64,000 nt of DNA from Candidatus Thorarchaeota archaeon (GTDB lineage: Archaea; Asgardarchaeota; Thorarchaeia; Thorarchaeales; Thorarchaeaceae): the NCBI GenBank assembly GCA_016839605.1, contig JAEOTX010000044.1:31854-95853 (forward strand), in the 5' to 3' direction. The notes below the pieces were generated by a model that saw nothing but the letters and a program-made list of their open reading frames with translations, made no database searches and was not told the origin of the DNA. The position numbers were made by a program, and so were the translations under genes. Positions within the stretch are counted from its first letter, which is position 1. Every line of letters starts with the position of its first letter. Shown here piece after piece: positions 55,230 to 64,000 of the stretch.

Positions 55230-57578
55230 ATGCATATGAAAAAGAAAGCACACTTCAAAGCTGATGAAGCGAGAACCGATTTAGGTGTCTTCAAAGGTCT
55301 TGAGGTTCGAATCGGGCAGATCGTGGATGACGAATGGGATGAACCAATGGGTCCAACCCCAATGCCGAGTCCAACCGGTCTCCGATCTTGGGACCACAAG
55401 CTCTTGACGAAATATACGCCATCCTACATGCCTTATTGTCAGGTCTGTTGTCTATGTACATTTGGCAAATGTGACCTCTCCGGAGACAAGCGGGGTGCCT
55501 GTGGGATTGATATGAAGGGGCAACAGGCAAGAATTGTGCTCGCAGCAGCCAATATAGGCAATGCAGCACACTTGGCTCATGCAAGACACTTGGTTGATCA
55601 CTTGATTGATGAGTTCGGTCCTCGAACTGATCTTATTCAAGGACCTGGCACCGAGATACACGCACCTGTTTCTCGTTTGGTGACGGGAACGAGACCAAGA
55701 ACTCTTGAGGATGCCAGCATAATTCTTGACTATTGTGAGAGTCAACTAGCTCACACACTCTCAGCCACACACACGGGCCAAGAGGGGAGCTGGTTAGACT
55801 TCGAGAGTAAGGTTCTCCATGTTGGGATGATAGATCAAGTAAGCATGGAGATTGCAGACCTAGTTCAGATTTCGACACTTGGCTTTCCGAAAGCCGATCC
55901 AGAAGCGCCGCTTGTTGACTCTGGCATAGGCATGATGGATCTAAACAAGGCAATCATCCTGACTATTGGTCACAACATTGTACCAGCAGCCTCGATAACC
56001 GACTATATTACTGAGAAGAAACTTGGAGCCAAAGTTGAGGTAGGTGGCATGTGCTGCACTGCATGGGATATCACACGCCGTGATCCAAGTGCCAAGGTGA
56101 TTGGGCCAATCTCTTGGCAGCTTAGATATATTCGAAGCGGCAAGGCTGATGTTGTAGTAGTGGACGAGCAATGTGTCCGGACTGATGTGGTTTCTGAGGC
56201 TCAGAAAGTAAAGGCTCCAGTTATTTCAACGAGTGACAAAGCAGTAATGGGACTGCCGGACAGATCTGATGATGCAATTGACTCGATAGTTGATGAACTT
56301 GTATCAGGAAAGATACCTGGTGCATATATCTCCGATCACCATAAGGTTGGAGCGGTTGCAACCAAAGTAGCCCTTGCTGTCATGCCAAAAAGAAGGAAGA
56401 TGAAATTCTTCCCGACAAAGAAACAGATTCAGAAGATGGCTCAAGAATGTAAGAAATGTAGTGAATGCATTCGGTCGTGTCCAAATGACCAGCCAGTTAT
56501 GGAGGCTGTCTTAGCGGCTCAGACGGGGAATTTCGAGCCACTACGTGATGTCTATCGGAACTGTATTGGATGTGCACGGTGCGAATCTGCATGTCCCAAC
56601 GATTATGACTTACATAGTTGGATGGTTGTTGCAGCTGAAGCTGACTGCGAAGCTGAAACCTACAAGGTTCGAACAGGAAGGGGTGCAATTCAGGATACCG
56701 AAATCCGCAGCGTTGGCCAGCCCATCGTCTTCGGAGAGATTCCTGGAGTAATTGCACATGTTGGTTGTGCTAATTATCCTGGTGGAGGCGCTGATATCCA
56801 CGAAATGGCCGAAGAATTCGCCAAACGAAGGTATATCATAGTGACTTCAGGATGTGCAGCAATATCAGCTGGTCATGTAAAAGATGAAAATGGCCAATCC
56901 ATATATGAGAGACGTGGTGGCGAATTCGATGCAGGCTGCGTTCTCAATGTTGGTTCATGTGTATCCAATCCTCACATAGCTGGCGCTGCGATTAAAATCG
57001 CTGCGATTTTCGCCAAGAGAAATCTACGAGCCAACTACGCTGAAATTGCTGACTACATTCACAATCGGGTTGGTGCTGTAGGTATCTCTTGGGGCGCGAT
57101 GTCGCAGAAGGCTGCATCAATTGCAGCTGGTTTCTGGCGACTCGGAGTTCCAGTGATTGTTGGCCCTCATGGTTCCAAGTACCGAAGAATGTTGCTTGGT
57201 AAAGCTGAGGAAGAACGAGCTTGGACTGTCTATGATGCACGTACTGGAGATCGTGTAGTGACTGCGCCTGGTCCCGAACACCTATTCTATGCCGCTGAAA
57301 CTGTCGCAGAAGCTAATGTGATGACAGCAAAGCTCTGTCTTAGGCCCAATGATACAAGTAGGGGGCGCTCCATCAAACTGAGCCACTACATTGACATCCA
57401 TGAGAATTCATACGGCTTTTTCCCGGAGGATGTTTGGAACTACATCCGTCGTGAATCGGATATTCCAATCACATTGAAGGACAAGATTTTGGCTCAAATG
57501 AAGGAGAACAAATGGAAGGAAAGAACAATCCCAGATCCGACGCTTCTCAAGGAGCTAGTCATGGGAGGTGGCAAATAA
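55230..57578 (+). CDS. cdhA: acetyl-CoA decarbonylase/synthase complex subunit alpha (CODH catalytic subunit)
   Basis: 782 aa with N-terminal Cys motifs (YCQVCCLCTFGKCDL), an internal ferredoxin insert (CSECIRSCP, CARCESACP) and C-cluster region motifs. Confidence 0.95.
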   Translation: MHMKKKAHFKADEARTDLGVFKGLEVRIGQIVDDEWDEPMGPTPMPSPTGLRSWDHKLLTKYTPSYMPYCQVCCLCTFGKCDLSGDKRGACGIDMKGQQARIVLAAANIGNAAHLAHARHLVDHLIDEFGPRTDLIQGPGTEIHAPVSRLVTGTRPRTLEDASIILDYCESQLAHTLSATHTGQEGSWLDFESKVLHVGMIDQVSMEIADLVQISTLGFPKADPEAPLVDSGIGMMDLNKAIILTIGHNIVPAASITDYITEKKLGAKVEVGGMCCTAWDITRRDPSAKVIGPISWQLRYIRSGKADVVVVDEQCVRTDVVSEAQKVKAPVISTSDKAVMGLPDRSDDAIDSIVDELVSGKIPGAYISDHHKVGAVATKVALAVMPKRRKMKFFPTKKQIQKMAQECKKCSECIRSCPNDQPVMEAVLAAQTGNFEPLRDVYRNCIGCARCESACPNDYDLHSWMVVAAEADCEAETYKVRTGRGAIQDTEIRSVGQPIVFGEIPGVIAHVGCANYPGGGADIHEMAEEFAKRRYIIVTSGCAAISAGHVKDENGQSIYERRGGEFDAGCVLNVGSCVSNPHIAGAAIKIAAIFAKRNLRANYAEIADYIHNRVGAVGISWGAMSQKAASIAAGFWRLGVPVIVGPHGSKYRRMLLGKAEEERAWTVYDARTGDRVVTAPGPEHLFYAAETVAEANVMTAKLCLRPNDTSRGRSIKLSHYIDIHENSYGFFPEDVWNYIRRESDIPITLKDKILAQMKENKWKERTIPDPTLLKELVMGGGK

Positions 57579-58126
57579 TGGTGATGAGACCAGTACCCTG
57601 GCAGACAGGAGAGATTTGCGGCCCTGACAGTGCAAAATCACTCAACAAGGCCACCCAGCTAAAAAGAGTCTTCACGAAATCAAAGAAACCCCTATTGATT
57701 GTGGGATCTGATGCAGTTGGCATGCCGCATGGGAAGGGTGACATGATTGACTATGCAATAGCCCTTTCAGAGGCTGGTAAGATACCTGTTGTTGCTACTG
57801 GAGGCGCAATCAAGGCCTTTATTGAGAAGGGTTTTGAAGGCGCAAAATCAAAAGGCGCAATGGAATTGGCGAACTACCTTCAGGATGAATCGTGGCCAGG
57901 TCCCCATGGAAAGGGACCTCACGATTTGATTCTGGTTTATGGTATCCCATACTACATGCAGTGGACGCTGCTATCTGCAGTTATGAACTTTGGGACTCAT
58001 CTGGCAAAGGTTACCCTGGGGCGTTATTATCAACCACATGCAGATTGGTCATTCCCAAACATGAAGGAGAAGCAATGGCACAAAACTCTGGATGAAATTC
58101 TGGAGTTTGTAGGAGGAGGTAAGTAA
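57578..58126 (+). CDS. cdhB: acetyl-CoA decarbonylase/synthase complex subunit epsilon
   Basis: About 182 aa from an ATG overlapping the cdhA stop (TAATG). PWQTGEICGP, KKPLLIVGSD and YYQPHADWSFPN fit CdhB. Confidence 0.85.
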   Translation: MVMRPVPWQTGEICGPDSAKSLNKATQLKRVFTKSKKPLLIVGSDAVGMPHGKGDMIDYAIALSEAGKIPVVATGGAIKAFIEKGFEGAKSKGAMELANYLQDESWPGPHGKGPHDLILVYGIPYYMQWTLLSAVMNFGTHLAKVTLGRYYQPHADWSFPNMKEKQWHKTLDEILEFVGGGK

Positions 58127-58127
58127 C

Positions 58128-59531
58128 ATGTCATTTGAAGACATTCCAGTAGATGTAGGCGTAGTATACGAAGGTGAGCGAGTCCGAGGAAAGGACATGT
58201 ATGTAGAGCTCGGCGGTCCAAAAATGGAACAGAAATTCGAACTTGCTCTGGCACGAGAAATGGGCGACATCGAAGATGAGAAAGTCACTGTCATCGGACC
58301 CGACTTGAAGGACATGGAGGAAGGGAGCTATCATCCATTTGGCATCCTAATAGAGGTGGCTGGAAAGGAGATAGAACCTGACCTTGAAGGCGTCATTGAA
58401 AGGCGCATTCACGAATATGTGAACTTCGTTGAAGGAATGATGCACCTGAACCAGAGATACGACATCTGGATTCGGCTCAACAAGAGGTCTTTCGAAAAGG
58501 GATTCAATACCTTTGAGTTTCTGGGTAAGGTCCTAGTTCGGCTCTTCAAGAGTGAGATGAATATCATTGAGAAAATACAGGTTACGTTCTTCACAGACCC
58601 TGAGAAGATAGCCGAACGATATGATGAGGCCATAAACAGATACAACGAGAGAGATGCTCGTGCAAGAGGACTCAGTGATCCAGATGTAGACACATTCTAC
58701 GGATGCTCATTGTGTCAGTCTTTCGCTCCAACTCACATCTGTGTGATAACACCGCAGAGATATGCAAATTGCGGAGCAATAAGTTGGTTCGATGGTCGTG
58801 CAGCCGCAAGAGTTGACCCTAAAGGGCCCCTCTATGCAATCTCGAAAGGTGACACGATAGATGAGTTTTCTGGTGAGTACACAGGTGTGAATCAGATCAG
58901 CGCGGAGAAATCGCTTGGTAAGGTCACCTCAGTAGCTCTCTACAGTGCCTTTGACAAGCCACACACAAGCTGTGGTTGCTTTGAGGCAATCGCGTTTGTG
59001 ATTCCTGAGGTAGACGGTCTTGGAGTTGTCCACAGAGACTTCAAGGGTGAAACAGTGAACGGACTGCCCTTTTCAAGCATGGCTGACTCCACGGCTGGAG
59101 GCCGACAGGTGCCTGGTTTCCATGGGCTCTCAATAGAGTACATGCGTTCACCTCGTTTCCTACAGGTTGACGGTGGCTATGATAGAGTCGTATGGATGCC
59201 TGACTCAGTGAAACAACGAATCTATGAGTTCATGCCTGAAGATATCAGAGACAAGATCCCGACCGAGAACGATGTCATGACCATTGGCGATCTCAAGACC
59301 TTCCTCAAGGAGAAGAACCATCCAGTTGTGGAACGTTGGGTGGAGATTGAGGAGGACGAGACAGCTCTGGCAGAGGTTTCTGATACTGGCGATTATGTTT
59401 CTGTACCTGGTGAAATGACTGCCATGGTTGGTGGTATTGGTGGCGGCCTTGAAATCATCTTCAAGAATGCCAAAATATACGCTGAGAAGGTCATTATCCG
59501 CAAGACAGGGAAGGGTGGAAAGAAGAAATGA
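58128..59531 (+). CDS. cdhC: acetyl-CoA decarbonylase/synthase complex subunit beta (acetyl-CoA synthase, A-cluster)
   Basis: 467 aa with the A-cluster Cys region CSLCQSFAPTHICVITPQRYANCGAISWFDGRAA and HTSCGCFE. Confidence 0.95.
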   Translation: MSFEDIPVDVGVVYEGERVRGKDMYVELGGPKMEQKFELALAREMGDIEDEKVTVIGPDLKDMEEGSYHPFGILIEVAGKEIEPDLEGVIERRIHEYVNFVEGMMHLNQRYDIWIRLNKRSFEKGFNTFEFLGKVLVRLFKSEMNIIEKIQVTFFTDPEKIAERYDEAINRYNERDARARGLSDPDVDTFYGCSLCQSFAPTHICVITPQRYANCGAISWFDGRAAARVDPKGPLYAISKGDTIDEFSGEYTGVNQISAEKSLGKVTSVALYSAFDKPHTSCGCFEAIAFVIPEVDGLGVVHRDFKGETVNGLPFSSMADSTAGGRQVPGFHGLSIEYMRSPRFLQVDGGYDRVVWMPDSVKQRIYEFMPEDIRDKIPTENDVMTIGDLKTFLKEKNHPVVERWVEIEEDETALAEVSDTGDYVSVPGEMTAMVGGIGGGLEIIFKNAKIYAEKVIIRKTGKGGKKK

Positions 59532-60721
59532 CGTCCCATGAGGAAGGAAGAGGGCAGTCGCTAGACGACATCTTCGGTGAATTCGCCGAGTTGGAGCTGG
59601 AGGATGTCACGATACAGGTTGACGAACTCAAGCTTGCTCTCCGTCCCATGGTCCAACGGATAGCTCAGGCTGCAGCAAAGGCTGCAATTGAGAGGCCAAA
59701 GTCCCTCATACCCACGCAGCTCAAGGCTCCCCTTGGTGAGTATCCCGGTGTCATTCGGGAGATTACTATTGGGGCCACGAAGAAAGAGGGAGGCTCAAGG
59801 AGCAATACCGTGACCATTGGTGGTCATACTGCACCAGCATGGGACCTGTTTCAATCACCACCGAAGAATCCACCAATCATAGCGGCTGATGTCTTTGATA
59901 TGCCTATTCCACTGGCAAAGGCGGTGAAGACACATTACAGAGAAGTTCTTGAGGATCCCGCAGAGTGGGCGAAGCTCTGTGTGGACAAGTTCGGAGCTGA
60001 TTTGATAACAATTCATCTCATCAGTACCGATAGACAACTCGGAGACACATCACCTGCAAAAGCCGCAAAGACTGTCGAGGAGGTTTTACAAGCAGTAAAG
60101 GTTCCTGTGCTTATTGGTTCTGCAGGAGACCCTGAGAAAGACGGTCCTGTCCTAGCAAAGGCTGCAGAGGTGTGTGAGGGTGAACGGACCCTGCTATGTT
60201 CGGCTACAATCGATGTCTATGAACCCGTTGCAGTAGCTGCAAAGGAGCATGACCAGATTGTCTTGTCTTGGACCTCACTCGACATCAATGATCAGAAGGA
60301 ACTGAACCGAAGGCTTATCGAATGGGTAACGCCCGATCAGATAGTCATTGATCCTACAACAGCTGCTCTTGGATATGGTCTTGAATATGCCTTCACCATG
60401 ATGCAGAGGATGCGTCTGGCTGGGCTCTTAGGCGACAGCGAGCTACAATACCCAATCAGTTCTGGTACTACAAATGCCTGGGCTGCTAGAGAGGCATGGC
60501 TAAAGGCACCTGAACTTGGTCCGAGAGAACTTCGTGGACCAATCTGGGAGAGTGTGACTGCGTTGTCACTTCTGCTGGCAGGAAACGACCTCTTCATGAT
60601 GATGCATCCTGCAGCGATGAAGACAGTCCATGATCTTATTGAGTGGCTTCGAGAGAGGCGGCCGATACCAGTCGAGGAATACGCAGACTGGACATCAATC
60701 GAAATACCGGAGGGGATCTAA
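59528..60721 (+). CDS. cdhD: acetyl-CoA decarbonylase/synthase complex subunit delta (corrinoid Fe-S protein small subunit)
   Basis: 397 aa. Overlaps cdhC by 4 nt. TIM-barrel-like CdhD pattern and the canonical position before cdhE. Confidence 0.9.
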   Translation: MTSHEEGRGQSLDDIFGEFAELELEDVTIQVDELKLALRPMVQRIAQAAAKAAIERPKSLIPTQLKAPLGEYPGVIREITIGATKKEGGSRSNTVTIGGHTAPAWDLFQSPPKNPPIIAADVFDMPIPLAKAVKTHYREVLEDPAEWAKLCVDKFGADLITIHLISTDRQLGDTSPAKAAKTVEEVLQAVKVPVLIGSAGDPEKDGPVLAKAAEVCEGERTLLCSATIDVYEPVAVAAKEHDQIVLSWTSLDINDQKELNRRLIEWVTPDQIVIDPTTAALGYGLEYAFTMMQRMRLAGLLGDSELQYPISSGTTNAWAAREAWLKAPELGPRELRGPIWESVTALSLLLAGNDLFMMMHPAAMKTVHDLIEWLRERRPIPVEEYADWTSIEIPEGI

Positions 60722-62137
60722 ATGGTCAAACTTCCAGGTCCATTGGACATCTACCCTCTTTTGCCTGGTACAAACTGCGAGGAGTGCGGAGAGGCCAACT
60801 GCATGGCTTTTGCAACGAAGCTCGCCGAATACACGGTGAAGCTTGCTGCTTGTGCTCCTCTCTACAAAGAGGCTCAGTATGTCAAGAAGCTGACCAAGCT
60901 AGAGGATCTAATTCGTCCTCCAGTCAGAGAAGTTGTGATTGGCACAGGTGAAAAAGCTGCTTCGATAGGTGGAAAGCTAGTCCTGTATAGACATGATCTT
61001 AGATACTCGAATCCGATTGCATTCTTTGTTGATGTAGCTGACACACTTGAGGGCGATGCCCTCTCCCAGAGAGTCAAGGCTATTGAAGACTGGACGTACA
61101 TGTACATTGGTCAGAATCTACGGTTAGATGGAGTAGCACTACGAGGTGTATCACAAGATCCGCAGACTTTTGCTAAGGCTGCAAAGAAATTGTCTGAGCT
61201 CACTGACTGGCCAATTATCCTATGCTCGCTAAATTCTGAGATGCTGGCCGCTGCAGCTAACGCAATCGCTGATAAGCGACCTTTGCTCTATGCAGCGACA
61301 CTGGATACATGGTCCGATGTTGGAGATATTGCAGTCAAGCACAATCTCCCCTTGGTGGCTTATGCACCAAGCGGGTTAGACGACATTGCAACGCTTGTCA
61401 ATACTCTGAGAGCCATGGGAGTAGAGGAAATTGTACTCGATCCAGGCACAGCTTCAAGAGCTGGTCTTGGTACCACTGTTGACAGCTTTACGCAGCTCAG
61501 GAGAGCTGCTACACTAGAGGAGAACGAACTAGTTGGGTATCCACTACTTGCGACTCCAATCTCAGTATGGGCGGACCATAAGGAGGGTGCTGCACCAGAG
61601 TTAACTAAATGGGACGAGGTCCTCACTGCGGCAGCAATGATAGTCCGTTACTCTGATGCAATCGTTGTCCATAGTTTGGACATGTGGACCAATCTGCCAC
61701 TAACCTTTCTACGAAGCAATCTCTACACCGATCCAGTCAAGCCCGTAGCCGTTGAGGCCGGACTACAGGAATTCGGTAAGGTTGATGCAGACTCTCCAGT
61801 GATGTATACAACAAACTTTGCGCTTACCTACTTTACTGTAGAGAGCGACATCAAACAGGCTGGCGTCAATGCCTATCTCGTGGTGGTTGATACGGAGGGA
61901 ATGAGTGTCCAATCCGCAGTTGCAGGTAGAAGACTGACTGCAGAGAAAGTGGCGGAAAGCCTAGAGGAATACAAGGTGTCTGACAAGGTCAAACACAAGG
62001 TTCTCATCAGTCCAGGAATGGCCGCGAGAATTAGTGGTGAAACCGAAGAGGTCTCTGGTTGGACTGTCAAAGTAGGTCCCCAGGACTCCAGCGGAATACC
62101 CAAGTATCTCCAATCAGGTAAATGGAAAGAAGAGTAA
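60722..62137 (+). CDS. cdhE: acetyl-CoA decarbonylase/synthase complex subunit gamma (corrinoid Fe-S protein large subunit)
   Basis: 471 aa with the N-terminal [4Fe-4S] motif LLPGTNCEECGEANCMAFATKLA. Starts immediately after the cdhD stop. Confidence 0.9.
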   Translation: MVKLPGPLDIYPLLPGTNCEECGEANCMAFATKLAEYTVKLAACAPLYKEAQYVKKLTKLEDLIRPPVREVVIGTGEKAASIGGKLVLYRHDLRYSNPIAFFVDVADTLEGDALSQRVKAIEDWTYMYIGQNLRLDGVALRGVSQDPQTFAKAAKKLSELTDWPIILCSLNSEMLAAAANAIADKRPLLYAATLDTWSDVGDIAVKHNLPLVAYAPSGLDDIATLVNTLRAMGVEEIVLDPGTASRAGLGTTVDSFTQLRRAATLEENELVGYPLLATPISVWADHKEGAAPELTKWDEVLTAAAMIVRYSDAIVVHSLDMWTNLPLTFLRSNLYTDPVKPVAVEAGLQEFGKVDADSPVMYTTNFALTYFTVESDIKQAGVNAYLVVVDTEGMSVQSAVAGRRLTAEKVAESLEEYKVSDKVKHKVLISPGMAARISGETEEVSGWTVKVGPQDSSGIPKYLQSGKWKEE

Positions 62138-62159
62138 GAGGCCATACCTAAACGGTCTT

Positions 62160-62176
62160 AGGGGCTAAATGCCCCC
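62160..62176 (+). terminator. short GC hairpin after cdhE
   Basis: GGGGC-TAAAT-GCCCC followed by CTCTTTCCTATT. Confidence 0.3.
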
Positions 62177-62200
62177 TCTTTCCTATTGAGAGTAAGAAGA

Positions 62201-63004
62201 ATGAAAGAACGTCTAGTGATATCTGTGTCTGGCAAGGGTGGAGTCGGTAAGACCACTACTTCAGGACTCCTCTCCAGAATAATTGCAGAGCAGACCCAAA
62301 GGTCACTTCTCCTGGTTGATGCAGATCCAGTCATGAATCTTCCTCGCGCCTTGGGAGTTGATGTTCCAGCATCGGTGGGAGAGATAGCTTCCCAAATGAG
62401 GAAGAAAATTGATGATGGAACACTTCCAGCATCTGCCGCGAAACAAGATATTCTGGAAGGAGAAATCTTTGAAGCACTCATTGAGGGGGACCGTTTTGAT
62501 TTCTTAGCTATGGGGCGAACAGAAGGTGAAGGTTGCTACTGTTATGTCAACAGAATATTAACACAGATTCTTGACACACTCACGATGAATTATGAGATTA
62601 CTCTTCTTGATATGACCGCAGGTCTTGAGCACTTCAGTCGGCGCACTGACAGGAATGTAGACATCCTCATTATTGTGATTGATTCCTCAAGAGCCGCTTT
62701 TGAAGCAGCACTGCGAATAAGAGACCTCGCCAAAGAGGTTCATATTGACTTCAAGAAGCTAGTAGTGATTGGAAATCGTATTCCCGCCAATCTTGTTGAT
62801 GCGGTCTCACAAGGGCTTGAAGAGAATGACCTCTTTCTAGCCGGAATGATTCCTAATGATGATGAGGTCGCGAAGCTCAATTACATGGGGAAACCGGTTT
62901 TCGACCTGCCAGATGATTCACCTGCATTTCAGGCCGTTGAGGGAATTGCAGAGAAGCTGGGTCTTCTCAGTGAAGTGACATTGTTGAAATTGTTGGGCCA
63001 GTAA
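62201..63004 (+). CDS. cooC: CooC/AcsF-type nickel-insertion ATPase (copy 2)
   Basis: About 267 aa from the ATG at 62201, with SGKGGVGKTT and CxC motif GEGCYCY. Diverged from copy 1. Confidence 0.85.
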   Translation: MKERLVISVSGKGGVGKTTTSGLLSRIIAEQTQRSLLLVDADPVMNLPRALGVDVPASVGEIASQMRKKIDDGTLPASAAKQDILEGEIFEALIEGDRFDFLAMGRTEGEGCYCYVNRILTQILDTLTMNYEITLLDMTAGLEHFSRRTDRNVDILIIVIDSSRAAFEAALRIRDLAKEVHIDFKKLVVIGNRIPANLVDAVSQGLEENDLFLAGMIPNDDEVAKLNYMGKPVFDLPDDSPAFQAVEGIAEKLGLLSEVTLLKLLGQ

Positions 63005-63010
63005 GACGAA

Positions 63011-64000
63011 TCATTCGATATCCTGTATCTCAATTTGCAGGCGCTCAAAAAACTCGCTTGCGGCTATTTGTATTAATTCTGAATCATCCGAGATTGTGTC
63101 TATTCTGACTTTGGAGATTCCTTCTCCGACCTTTCCAACGAGAGTTATAGTGACGGTCAATCGGGCGTCAGTGAATTTTCCTTTTCCAGTGCCTGCGACA
63201 ACTCCCATCAACATTCCGTCTTTGACTGAGGACTCCGTTCTAAGGGAATGAAGGTTATACCGTTCGGACAGTTTCTTTACGATTTTGAAAAGCGTCTTTG
63301 CTTCTACCTCAACGACGTGTTCACGATTCCAAGTAGTCTTTCCTTTCTTCATTGCTTGGAACTCGTCCGCGTTCATCTCAAATGGTTCAATTTGGGAATA
63401 GATTGATCTGATGAAGCAGTTGCCTGATTTTGCGGCAATCCTCTCACCATCACCGTTCACGAAAATCACTGATGATACGATCTCACCTTCAATTGCTTCT
63501 GAGTTAACATAGAATTCGAACTCGACGGATTCGGACTTACCAGGCTTAATTGAAGATATGATCTGCGTTCTTCCATAGGGCTGCAATAGGCTATCTGGAG
63601 GAAAGGACAGAATTGCGATAGTCACTTCCGAGATGGTTTCAGAAGTCTTATTGGCAATGGTGCTTCTGAACTGCAACTTAGTGTCAGATACTTGGTAGCC
63701 ATTAGTTACAATGACATCGTCACTGGTTCGAATCGGAGTGGCCTCAAGGATTTGCTCTCCTCCCGCGAACAACGCTTCAGGCATCAAAGGTTCGTCGACA
63801 ACATCCTCGCCACGTGTCTGTAGCCAGTCTAGAGCGAAGCTAATGGCATCTCTGACTATTTCATCATCGTCAGAGGTGTGTGCTTCTAGGATTGGTATTG
63901 CTCTGTTATCAGCTAATGAAGCGAGTACTCCTGCGGTCATAGCCCGAATGATTTTACTCTCATCGTTTAGAGCGATATCTAGTGTGTCGAAAGACTTTGA
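63011..64000 (-). CDS. HEAT-repeat-containing hypothetical protein (5' end runs off the window)
   Basis: The reading frame stays open upstream of the ATG at 63940 all the way to the window edge. The N-terminal region shows HEAT/PBS-lyase-like repeats (D..VR.A...AL); the C-terminal ~250 aa are unassigned. Confidence 0.6.
   Translation of the reverse strand, partial: SKSFDTLDIALNDESKIIRAMTAGVLASLADNRAIPILEAHTSDDDEIVRDAISFALDWLQTRGEDVVDEPLMPEALFAGGEQILEATPIRTSDDVIVTNGYQVSDTKLQFRSTIANKTSETISEVTIAILSFPPDSLLQPYGRTQIISSIKPGKSESVEFEFYVNSEAIEGEIVSSVIFVNGDGERIAAKSGNCFIRSIYSQIEPFEMNADEFQAMKKGKTTWNREHVVEVEAKTLFKIVKKLSERYNLHSLRTESSVKDGMLMGVVAGTGKGKFTDARLTVTITLVGKVGEGISKVRIDTISDDSELIQIAASEFFERLQIEIQDIE

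Overview
The window is a gene-dense, non-mobile archaeal chromosome segment with about 53 protein genes and one tRNA. I found no rRNA, CRISPR array, transposase or integrase. Archaeal hallmarks are the pantoate kinase / phosphopantothenate synthetase CoA route, an aEF-2-type GTPase, archaeosine TGT, a family B polymerase and CdhABCDE. Together with a Rab/Ras-like and an MglA-like small GTPase, these suggest an Asgard-type (Thorarchaeia-like) archaeon; this is inference only. The left half (1-34 kb) is mostly housekeeping: CoA biosynthesis, tRNA-Gln, IleRS, TldD/PmbA, GGPP synthase, a Tes-like radical SAM protein, an ABC transporter, ArcTGT and HflX. It also holds a surface protein containing a recent 843-bp internal duplication. 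The right half (34.9-63 kb) is a C1/Wood-Ljungdahl island. It contains MetF and an operon-like MtrH-MtrA-MtrH set with no membrane Mtr subunits, followed by an ASKHA ATPase and a CofE-like ligase. It also contains LarC, an HdrA-MvhD fusion with a polyferredoxin, split FwdB-like and FwdD-like proteins, and cdhABCDE flanked by two cooC genes. The most interesting candidates are the soluble MtrH/MtrA/MtrH corrinoid methyl-transfer module and a FwdB-like protein with no cysteine where the Mo/W ligand is expected. That FwdB-like gene is paired with a small protein carrying a CdhE-type N-terminal Fe-S domain, directly upstream of cooC-cdh. Other leads are a Rab-like GTPase apparently co-transcribed with the FwdD-like gene, a divergent EF-2, and an exonuclease-degenerate PolB sharing an upstream ~25-nt motif with a neighbouring membrane-protein gene. 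All family calls come from motif recognition by eye; no searches were run.
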